38,442 bases of DNA from a virus (taxonomy: Duplodnaviria; Caudoviricetes). Each line of letters opens with the position of its first letter. Within the stretch, counting starts at the first letter, position 1. Positions 1-9,400 of the stretch are shown here, one piece after another. Under the pieces are notes generated by a model. That model was not told the origin of the DNA. It saw only the letters and a list, made by a program, of their open reading frames with translations, and ran no database searches. The position numbers and the translations under genes are program-made. The stretch covers positions 1 to 38,442 of the IMG/VR virus record IMGVR_UViG_3300030433_001259; one strand, written 5' to 3'.

Positions 1-347
1 CCACGATTACGTATAAAAGAATAATTAAACAAATACTCCCAACCATTAGCATTACCAATAGTGACGTTATCTGCAGTGTTTCTTTCAGTACCTGTGTACC
101 ATGTCTGTCTCTTCGTCTCATAATCAAATCTTGCTATTTTACGCACGCCTAACGTTAAGTTGTAATCGTACGCGTTAATTTCAGTTATATCTTCATAGCC
201 TTTGTTTATAGCCCTATAATCTTCTCTCTCAACAAACGACGTATTCATAGACATCGATGTATAGAAAGTTGAGTATTGGAAAAACTCTTTTATCTGTGCT
301 GTACTTACAGTACAAACTAACAGAAATAATATTATTATTTGTTTCAT
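1..347 (-). CDS. Secreted or outer-membrane protein with signal peptide (partial, runs off the left edge; not in the ORF track)
   Basis: Manual translation from ATG at 347: MKQIIILFLLVCTVSTAQIKEFFQYSTFYTSMSMNTSF...YNLTLGVRKIARFDY...GWEYLFNYSFIRNR, open to the window edge. Basic-hydrophobic-STA|Q signal peptide; starts 1 nt after the upstream stop. Confidence 0.75.
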   Translation of the reverse strand, partial: MKQIIILFLLVCTVSTAQIKEFFQYSTFYTSMSMNTSFVEREDYRAINKGYEDITEINAYDYNLTLGVRKIARFDYETKRQTWYTGTERNTADNVTIGNANGWEYLFNYSFIRNR

Positions 348-348
348 T

Positions 349-957
349 TTATATATCTAAATCTTTACTATCTAATAATGTATATGTGAAGCTATTACCC
401 CACTTATCTCTAGCTACTCTACATATATCCATAAACTCATGCCAATCATCATTAGCTGCTATCACTTGACAACCAGCTGACCATTTGTCTACCTTAGTAG
501 ATTTTTTACCACCCCACTTAGTTGCTCTATGTATATTAATTCCAAACAAACCTGTTTGAGTATTATCATCACTTAAATCAAACTTACCATCTTTGTTAGC
601 ATCTCTATATACTGTAACAGGACCATTTTGTCCTAACGCTTCATATCTACCTTGATGTAATCTAATTTTATGAGAGCCGCGATACTGCCCTTCCTTCAAG
701 ACGGCCACACCTTCCTTTCTCATTATATTCTCCACCCAATACTTACCGGGATCAGTGGTGCAATCGTAACAATAAAACTCCCATTGGTCATCACATTTAA
801 ATGATAATGTAATTTTATCGTCAAACTTGTTTGTTACTTCGGTACCAGTGCCTGAGTTTCTTACACCGACTATGTTAATATTATAGTCACCTGTTTCAAA
901 CCATTTGTACCCTTTGGCCTTAACGCCTTTCTCTATTATTTCTTTTGTTAATTTCAT
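349..957 (-). CDS. L,D-transpeptidase (YkuD)-like peptidoglycan enzyme, candidate endolysin
   Basis: C-terminal GINIH-x13-WSAGCQV resembles the YkuD His...S-x-G-C catalytic motif. 202 aa, no signal peptide. Confidence 0.65.
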   Translation of the reverse strand: MKLTKEIIEKGVKAKGYKWFETGDYNINIVGVRNSGTGTEVTNKFDDKITLSFKCDDQWEFYCYDCTTDPGKYWVENIMRKEGVAVLKEGQYRGSHKIRLHQGRYEALGQNGPVTVYRDANKDGKFDLSDDNTQTGLFGINIHRATKWGGKKSTKVDKWSAGCQVIAANDDWHEFMDICRVARDKWGNSFTYTLLDSKDLDI

Positions 958-1250
958 TACTTAATTATTACTGTTAAATCTGGGTTAGTTCCAGTATTAT
1001 ATATTCTAAGATTATATATTTTAGAATCAAACTTTAAGTTATCTTCTAATACAAGAGTAACACCACTAGGTATTACTAAATTTTTTACAAGATAAAAAAC
1101 ATTAGTTCCATCAAAAAAATCTACTATAACTGTAGCCGGGTTATCACTATTATTAGATATAGTCATTTTATTAACAGCTACAAAATTGCTACCCTTTTTT
1201 ATTAAGATTACCGCTACACTGTCTGATGTTATGTTTTTATGTAATGCCAT
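957..1250 (-). CDS. Small beta-rich protein, probably virion/tail-associated
   Basis: 97 aa with alternating hydrophobic beta pattern; 1-nt stop/start overlaps with both neighbours. Confidence 0.55.
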   Translation of the reverse strand: MALHKNITSDSVAVILIKKGSNFVAVNKMTISNNSDNPATVIVDFFDGTNVFYLVKNLVIPSGVTLVLEDNLKFDSKIYNLRIYNTGTNPDLTVIIK

Positions 1251-1567
1251 TATGCTAGTGTTAGTGTTGTCGTTTTTGTTGTTACCTTGCTACTAGAAGG
1301 ATCAGTGTAAGTTACAGTCATTACTATACTATGAGTTGTCTTACCTTTTACCGTAGTAAAAACCATATCACCAAATGATAGCGTTGTGTTGGATCCTACT
1401 GTTATAATTTTATTTATATGCTCGTTTGTTTTATCTACCCCTTCATCAGTTTTGTCAACTAACTTTTTTAAAAAATGTTGCATTGTGTCCATTTCCTCTT
1501 CATTAGTAGGTATTACTTCGTCGTATTTATTATTACTTTTATCGTCTGTAAATTTAGTTATAGCCAT
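1250..1567 (-). CDS. Hypothetical protein (helical N-half, Thr-rich beta C-half), possibly fibre-associated
   Basis: 105-aa ORF tiled within the operon downstream of the fibre gene. Confidence 0.55.
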   Translation of the reverse strand: MAITKFTDDKSNNKYDEVIPTNEEEMDTMQHFLKKLVDKTDEGVDKTNEHINKIITVGSNTTLSFGDMVFTTVKGKTTHSIVMTVTYTDPSSSKVTTKTTTLTLA

Positions 1568-1580
1568 TTTGTTAATTTAA

Positions 1581-3269
1581 TTATACGTTTATATATCCAC
1601 TTATTGTCATTTGAAAATAGTGAGAAGAGCTTCCAGATGTTGAATCTTTTTTTATAAAACAAAATAACATATCATCTTCATCAAAAGTGTTATTAGAACT
1701 AAAATCCTCAGTGTGACTCCAAGTTCTTAGAGTAGTTGAAGGAGTTATAGTAGAGGTATTAAACATATCTGTTAATGATATACTAGTTGCGTTATTCGTC
1801 ATAGCACTATGTTTAATGTAAAATTTAAACGGGTCTGTTGTTCCAGTTACATATCCGTGAACTTTTATATTTGTTATTACACCACTTGCTGGCGCTATCA
1901 TGAAATGCGCAGCAGCATCATATTGGTTTATAGAACTTATAGAGCTATCAGAATTACCCCAATTATCACCAGTTGCTCCTCTAAATGGAAAATAATAAAC
2001 CGTGCTAGAGTTGTTATTTGTTTTATAACCACCTATAGTTTGCATCCAAAACTGTCTGCCGGAAGCATCATTTGTTAAAGCAATATAACCACTAGCATCA
2101 GCTAATTGTTGAATTCGGTTACCACTTATGTCAATAGGCGCTTGTATTATAATATCATTTGTACCATTATCTGTATCTTCACTTAATGATATTTTACCAG
2201 GTCCATTCGAGTTTCCAAACACTTCTAATATATTGCCTAACCCACTTTGTATTCTTGCCATAGAGGCTGTATCCTCATCAAAATTTACTATACCATCAGT
2301 TGAATCTATTGTTATTGTTCCATCAATATCTAACGTTAAGTCAGCATCTGTACCATCAACATCTACAGTACTTATTATAGTATTACCTTTAGTGTTTGTA
2401 GCTATTTTAAAATAATCGTTAAAGCTTGCTCCAGCGGCTTCATATAAAAATAAATTAGAAGTGCCACCAACGTTGTTAAGCCTTGCAAACGTTACACTGT
2501 TGTCTTGAAAGTTTACGTCACCGTTTCTATCAGCATCTATGTTAATTAAACCGTCAGCATCTAAAGTTAACGTTCCCGCTGATGTACCCGCCCCATCCGT
2601 AGTAGAAAGTGTTGTTGCTCCATTAGCTGCAACAGAGGCTTTAAAATAATCATCACTACTAGCCCCAGCTCTTTCGTATAAATAAAAATCAGTTGACGTA
2701 GCAGCGTTACCAGCTAATTTTGAAATTAAAGTATTAGTTCTTAATGAAGTACCGGTTCCCTCAACATCTCCTCCATAAAATTGTATTTCACCAAATGTTC
2801 CTGCGCCGGTAGGTCTTCCAGCAGAGATATATATATCACCACCGTTTTTATCAGTTTGACCAGCGTTAGCTGGAGCGCCTTGTATTTTAAATACACCTCC
2901 ATGACCATCGCTATGCTCTGCTTTTTGTATTATCGACATTGAGTCATCATCAGCTCCTATTATTAGTGATGGATGTTGAAAGTATAAATTGTCTTCAGCC
3001 TGTATAGCACTAGATCCATTACCTGTTAATACTCTATTACTAGTAAGGCTACTAGCGCCACTACCTCCATTTGCTACAGGTAATATACCAGTTACTTCTG
3101 AAGTTAAATCTATTGTGCCAGCTGGATTATCTGATTTAACTATTTTATTGTTTGAATCTAGGCCAAGATTACCTCCACTAGCAATTGTACCAGTGGAGAT
3201 ATCTTCTAAGTATACGTCGTTACGAAATCTTGATACAAAATCGTATATTTGTTGGCCTATCCATTTCAT
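1581..3269 (-). CDS. Tail fibre/spike-like receptor-binding protein
   Basis: 562 aa, Gly/Ser/Thr/Asp-rich. Fibre-type motif VTGILPVANGGSGASSLTSNRVLTGNGSSAI, internal repeat LYE-x-AGAS-x-x-DYFK, and a distinct C-terminal globular domain. Confidence 0.65.
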   Translation of the reverse strand: MKWIGQQIYDFVSRFRNDVYLEDISTGTIASGGNLGLDSNNKIVKSDNPAGTIDLTSEVTGILPVANGGSGASSLTSNRVLTGNGSSAIQAEDNLYFQHPSLIIGADDDSMSIIQKAEHSDGHGGVFKIQGAPANAGQTDKNGGDIYISAGRPTGAGTFGEIQFYGGDVEGTGTSLRTNTLISKLAGNAATSTDFYLYERAGASSDDYFKASVAANGATTLSTTDGAGTSAGTLTLDADGLINIDADRNGDVNFQDNSVTFARLNNVGGTSNLFLYEAAGASFNDYFKIATNTKGNTIISTVDVDGTDADLTLDIDGTITIDSTDGIVNFDEDTASMARIQSGLGNILEVFGNSNGPGKISLSEDTDNGTNDIIIQAPIDISGNRIQQLADASGYIALTNDASGRQFWMQTIGGYKTNNNSSTVYYFPFRGATGDNWGNSDSSISSINQYDAAAHFMIAPASGVITNIKVHGYVTGTTDPFKFYIKHSAMTNNATSISLTDMFNTSTITPSTTLRTWSHTEDFSSNNTFDEDDMLFCFIKKDSTSGSSSHYFQMTISGYINV

Positions 3270-3273
3270 TTAT

Positions 3274-3453
3274 TTATATTTCAAATCCAAAATTTAAGAT
3301 CATAAATCTAAATCTAGGACACGTTCCTTTATTTTTACACTTAGCACAAGGACAAAACATTACTTCAAACATTGTCCATGTTCCTAGTCTAAAAGTTAAT
3401 TCATATATTTCTTTTTTATTACCTGCTTTCCAAGAATTAATCCAGTTTATCAT
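3274..3453 (-). CDS. 59-aa small Cys-containing protein (below the ORF-track cutoff)
   Basis: Manual translation MINWINSWKAGNKKEIYELTFRLGTWTMFEVMFCPCAKCKNKGTCPRFRFMILNFGFEI. Fills the gap between the giant gene and the fibre gene and is preceded by a promoter-like motif. Confidence 0.7.
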   Translation of the reverse strand: MINWINSWKAGNKKEIYELTFRLGTWTMFEVMFCPCAKCKNKGTCPRFRFMILNFGFEI

Positions 3454-3470
3454 ATTTTAAAGTTTTGATT

Positions 3471-3487
3471 CTATAATATAATCACAC
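3471..3487 (-). promoter_or_regulatory. Degenerate copy of the repeated intergenic motif (GTGTGATTATATTATAG)
   Basis: 13/17 identity to the core of the exact repeat at 17445 and 27488; ends 17 nt upstream of the ATG at 3453. Confidence 0.5.
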
Positions 3488-3489
3488 GT

Positions 3490-6400
3490 TTATTGGTGAG
3501 CATAACATCTTTTGTTCTCGTTCTCTGTTTTATTCTTACATCTTTTACCATTCTTTTTAATACCAGTACATCTATATTCTTTGATACCATCACCGTCTCT
3601 ATCCATACCGTCAGTAAATGCCATGTGGTGATAACATAAGAATTTTTTATCTTTAGTAGGTTGCGACATTATACTACATCTCTTACCATTTGATTTTATA
3701 CCAGAACATCTAATGCTTTTGTAACCTTCATCTTTTAGTCTTTGCTCTTCTTTCTTTTTCTCTAACTCTTTTTCTTTTTTCTTTTGTTCTTTTTCTTTTT
3801 CTTTTTCTATTTTCTTTTTTTCTTCTCTTTTTGTTTCAGCGGTTTCTTTTGCAGCTTCAAGCTCTTCATCTTCAACACCAAGCTCCCACATGCTCCAACC
3901 CATAGCCATCATAACTCTTTTCCAAGTTTCATGGCTACCTGTTACAGCTTCTTCTAAGTTGTTAGCTTTATTAACTAATCTAGCTAAAGGTATATTAGTA
4001 GCACCTTCAATTATGTAAGCCCACTTTCTAACTTGAGGACTTTCAATTCTTAACCCTAATTCATCAGACACGCCCTTATCGTAGTACTCTGAATAAAAAG
4101 CGTTTACTATTTTTCTTACCTTACTACCTATTGGTGGTGATAGATCAAGTGTTGCCAATGCTACTTTCTCAACCTTTGTTTGACCGTATTCAGCTTCCTG
4201 CTGTATGTTCCATTGTATAACTGTGTTTTTAAGCGTAGACACTAACGCTCCATATAAACCCGTACCTCTTAAAAATGAATCTAAAACGTTGTTAGCTACT
4301 CTATCTGTTTTATTTTTTATTTCTTCTTCATCATCTCCCCACATTATAAATGCTAATGCTGATTGCAATGCTGAGAACACAATGTTTTGAACAAGACCAT
4401 AGTAAAGTATTTTAGATACATTAGTTTTTATATCACCTCTATTGTTAACAAGATCTGATAAAGCTTTCTTAGTTAATCTACCATATTGCATTGTAACGTT
4501 TTGAAAAGCTAAAACAAACCTACCTAATAATGTAGCTTGCTGTTGTGATATTAAATCTTCTCTTGAAGACTGCTGTGTTTCTTCTGCTATTTCCTGAAAG
4601 TCTAACATTGCTTGCTCGTTAGCTTGTTCAGGTGTCATACCTTTTTTTATGTAAGTATTGTATCTGTTTCTATAAAAACTAGCGCCACCAAAAGCTATGG
4701 CAAAACTATCCGCGATTTGAGTTGGTGTAAAACCAAACTGTAGTAAAGCTCTTAATAAAGTTCTAGGACTATAACCATTTTCAGCAAATGATTTTGTTAG
4801 TTCCGATGCTGATACATCTGTTTGTAAACCACCTCTTCTTTGTTTTAGTTGATCAGAGTTAAATAGCATAACAAAGTCAGCCCAAAATTGAGGTTGATTA
4901 GCAAAGGCCCCAGCGGCTTTAAATAAATTGTTATCACCCCAATTTATAAAGTTAACTGTAGATATAGTTTGAAGTAAAGCGGATCTCATATTAAAGAACA
5001 TGATAGCTCCAATAGAATCATTAATCCACTCTGTAAAGAAGTTAACAGTTCTATTACCACCAGATTTTCTATTACCACCGTTTTCCATACGGAATAATAT
5101 ATCTTCTAGCGCTTCTCTAAACCAAGAGCCATAGACAGCTTCTATTTTATTTATGTTTTGTTTACTTAGTATTATATTTTTATTTTCAATCCACTCTTGT
5201 AAAAACTCTTTTCTACCTATTTTATCAACTATATTTCTTAAATCAGTTGGTATAGTTTCCATCATCCAATTTTCACTAGGCTGTAAGTAACCTTCTTTTC
5301 TTTTACTTAATATAGATAATGCATCAGCAAATTTCTTTATATCAGGATTACTATTAACATAGTCTACTAATTGTTTTTGTTTTTGAACTGACAGACCTTC
5401 GATATCAAATCCAGATTTATCCCATAAATAAACTCTAATAGCTGTATCATTTGTAAACTCTGTTCCTTTAATCTTTTTATTTAGTTTTATTTTTGGAAAA
5501 CGTTTTTTAAGATTTTTAAAATCGTTAACCATACTTTGTTTATAAGCGTTCCAGTTTCTGATACCTCTAGCAAATGGCTTAAGAAGGTACTCTGCTAGAA
5601 ACTTTAAATCCTCTTCTCCTTGTTTGCCTTTACCTATAAAGTAATACAACAAACCTTTAAAATCCTCTGCAGATGGTGGTATATAATAATCCCATCTACC
5701 TTTGCCTTTACCTCTTTTTTTAGCTTCAGGCCCAGATATAACTTCATCAAATGGTATACCTTTTTTACGCTCAAGCATTTTGTTAAAGTCTATGCTTGCA
5801 TTTTTACTAAACTTAACTCTAGCTTGTACAACTTTAGATTTAACATCTAGTTGATCTAACACTTCTCTCACAGCTTCAACGTTAGCCAAAGCATCGTCTA
5901 CAAAATATAAATCATTATAACCTTCAGCAAACTTTTCTAACATCCATTTTGCTTTCGCCTCACCAGTACTGTTAGCTAAACCAGTTATATTTTTTAAAGG
6001 TATATTTAAACCTTGTGATTTTAAAAACTCATGTATAGCTTTGTCTGACGCTTGAGGTCTAGCGGTTAAAACAAACATATCTTTAGTACCGAACTTAGCA
6101 GCTCTTTCTTTTGCTTTGTCAAGTAATGGCCCAGGTGTTCCGTCAACCACATCATTAAATTCTGAAAAGTCAAACTTACCACCCTGTTCTAATATTTCCG
6201 CTCCTTGCTCCGCAAACTCTGTAGCATCTATTCTACGTTTTTCATAACCTGAAACAAAGTCGTTCATCTTGTTTACAAGAGTCTTTGGCATAGGGCTTTC
6301 TTGAGTTAACTTATCTGTGTTAACCTCCATAAATCTTTTGCCAAACATCTCTTTAAATGTAGGCTTATTATTTTGTACGGCCTCGTGATTACGTTTAACT

Positions 6401-9400
6401 ATAATATCTAACAATGATCTTTCTTTTCTAGCCCTATTACGCTCTAAGGCTACATCTAATGAAGTATTTACAAATAACATACTAACATCATACCCTTTGG
6501 ATTGAAACTCATCTACGAGCTTTTGCATTTGTTTTGCAGAACCACCAGTACCATCTACAATAACACCGTTGCCTTCGCCTTGATACTTCATCATTTTGCC
6601 TCTAGCTATTTTTCTAGCTTGAGCTCCTAACTTACCTAATGTACTTCTTTGTTCTTTAGTTAAGTCTCGCATATCAGCAGGTAGTCCTGAGTTTTTCTTT
6701 AACCACTCTAATGATATATCTGAGTTTACAATTTTAAAGCCCATACCTTCTAGGCCTAGTTTATTAATCACGTTACCTTTACCGCTACCAGCTCCACCAG
6801 CTAAGAATATAACTTTACGTTTTGGTTTAGGTGTGCCATCAGGATTAGGCATTGTTACTCTAACACCTGACTTAGTAAAACCTAATGTATCATCAAAATC
6901 AAATGTTGACATACCTCTTGTCTTACCAGTCTTACTCTGCATTATTCTATTACTAATAGCTTGAGTTAAGTTATTAGTTGTGTTTATATCCGCTGAAGAT
7001 CTCTCTACTGCCGCTGAACTACCATCATTATTTATGTCATAATACTGTTTGAAAGTTTGCTCTCCAGTTCCAAATCTAATAATACTACTAGTACTTATAC
7101 CATCTTCCTTACTAAAACCTTGATTTAATCTAACAACCTCAGTGTCAAAATATCTATCTAAAAACGACATAAATATATTCCAATTTTTACCCATGCTTTT
7201 AGCTCTACCAGCTCTTTCTAAAAATTGATTATAAAAATAGTCTAAAGCTATAATTTTATAATTCTGCATAGCTAAATCATAAGCTGTATCAAAATCGTAA
7301 CCAGGTTCTATTATAGATTCAAATATATATAAATAAGCTAGAGTTGCCTGCATGGCATGCTCCCATTCGTAGAGTTTAAATTTACCTTCAGGATTCTTTT
7401 TTGATGGCTTCATTCTACCTCCTTTTGGGTTAGGTGAATAACCTATAACCTCACCCATTCTATGTATATGGGTTACGTCCATACCAACCATTCTAAGGAA
7501 ATTACCCCAACCTCTAATTGTGTTTTCTTTATTCTGCTCAGCAGTATATTTTATTTCGTCAACGTTATTCTCGTCATACACAGGTTGATCAGAGTTTTTT
7601 ATAGATTCATTTATTCTAGACCAAAATTGTTGATGCGCGGATAGGTTAATCTCATTAAACCTTTTTACCGTCCCGTCTTTATCTGATTTTCTCATTTGAG
7701 CAGCGGTATTTCCTAATGCCCCACCAAAAGTCTGGTGTTTAAATTTAGCACCAGGTCCAGTAAAAGGCTTACCTATTTTTAACGGAGGTAAACCTATTGC
7801 TTTTCTTTCAGCTTCGTTTCTAACAAACCATTGATTACCTCTTTTAATATAAAACTCTCCAAGTCTTTGCTTGTAGTAGTCTTTTGTTTTTATTTGTTTG
7901 CCTTCTACTTCTATAACTATATCACCACCTTTAGATAGTACTCTTTTACTGTGATAAAAATACTGATAGCTCATAACGTTAGGTGGTAAAACTGATATCC
8001 AAAGTGGAGCTACAAAATCAAAAAACTCGTCTATATTTTCTTTAGTACTAAAATCGTACATCGGCTTATAACCCAATGTCTTTAAAAGCATATTCATAAA
8101 CTTCCTAGTAGCGTCGTCTTGAAACTCAGGGTTTATTTCTTTTATAGTTTCATTTGTATTAATAAACTCCCCACCAACTTGCTCTGCCTTAGATCCTTTA
8201 GCAAATAGTATTCTAGACTTACCACTAGCAACATCTTCAATTGTTTTCTTATCAACGCCTTTTCTAGCAGCATCTAATCTTAACTCTTGATTAGCAGCGG
8301 CGGTAGCTAATTGAATAGCAAACTCTCTTATAGCGCCATCATATCTTGTTCCACTTTGAAAAGAACCATCTTGATTAATACCGAATATATCTAATATATC
8401 TTGATTAGGAACTTGATCCATTTTAGCATATAAAGCTTTCTGACCACCAGTTCTTTTAGCAAATATTTTTTGACCACCAACGGTTTGCTTTCCAGCTGTA
8501 GAAGCCCTATCAGCTATCTTTTCATAAAACTGTCCAAACTTAGTTCTTACTATCTCTGTCGATGTAGCATTTTGGTCTTGCGCTTCTGGTAGCAAATCAA
8601 TTAAGTTATTATTCTTAGCTAACTCTACTATTTTATTTCTAGCGTTAGTTCTTTGTTCGTTATTTAAATCAGATTTTTTAACTAGCTTTTGTGTAGGTAT
8701 ACCAAAAGCATTACCAACATCTGCTAATACACCATTTAGTTTTCCTTTTATAACCTCTTGCTTTATTTCTTTATACGATATAGCACTACCGTCTTTTTTC
8801 TTTAATTTTATATTAGCCTTTTTAATAGCAGATTCTATATTAGCTATTACATTATCTGGTAAATTAAGTATTTGATCTCTAACTAATATCTTATTATCTT
8901 GCTCTTCTTGTAATACACTATTAGTACTACCTGTAGAGTTGTCAGTAAATTGATAACCAGCTTCTTCAAGTGCTGCTTGTGATTGAGTTACTAAACCTGT
9001 TTTTTGTAAAGCTCTATTTAATACTTGTCCATATTTTATAGGTAAACCTTTTGGCATTTGAACGTAAGCTCCAAATGGAACACCTGTGCTAGGATTCCAT
9101 CTTTCTGTTAGTAAATGTAATTCTACATAAAACTCTTGTTGCAAGTCCTCTAGCGCAGCTGCTACAAAATCAGTTCCTTTTAAAGCAGCTTTACCTTTAG
9201 CATAAGCTTGAGCAGCGTATTTATTAGCAGCAGCCATGTTTGCTACAAAAAGTTTTTCACGCATTCTTCTTGTTACAGCGTCTTTTAGTTTATCATTAGG
9301 TATATTATTTTTCTTAGCATTATCTAAAATCTCTTGATAAACCTGTTCGTTAATCTCAGCTGGATCCATCTCGGTTCCAGTAGACCACCCACCTGTTTTG

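Noticed and set aside
3580-3612. DRDGD as an RNA polymerase DxDGD catalytic motif (crAss-like virion RNAP)
   Set aside because: It sits in a short linker between two Zn fingers about 35 aa from the C-terminus with no double-psi beta-barrel context. A highly divergent RNAP elsewhere in the protein cannot be fully excluded without structure prediction.
3725-3840. T/C-rich repetitive tract as a tandem repeat or array
   Set aside because: It simply encodes the Lys/Glu-rich helix; there is no repeat-spacer structure.
6240-6850. Kinase insert as an intein, or as the toxin of a toxin-antitoxin pair
   Set aside because: No Cys/Ser start, His-Asn end or LAGLIDADG motifs, and no adjacent epsilon-like antitoxin; it reads as an in-frame domain insertion.
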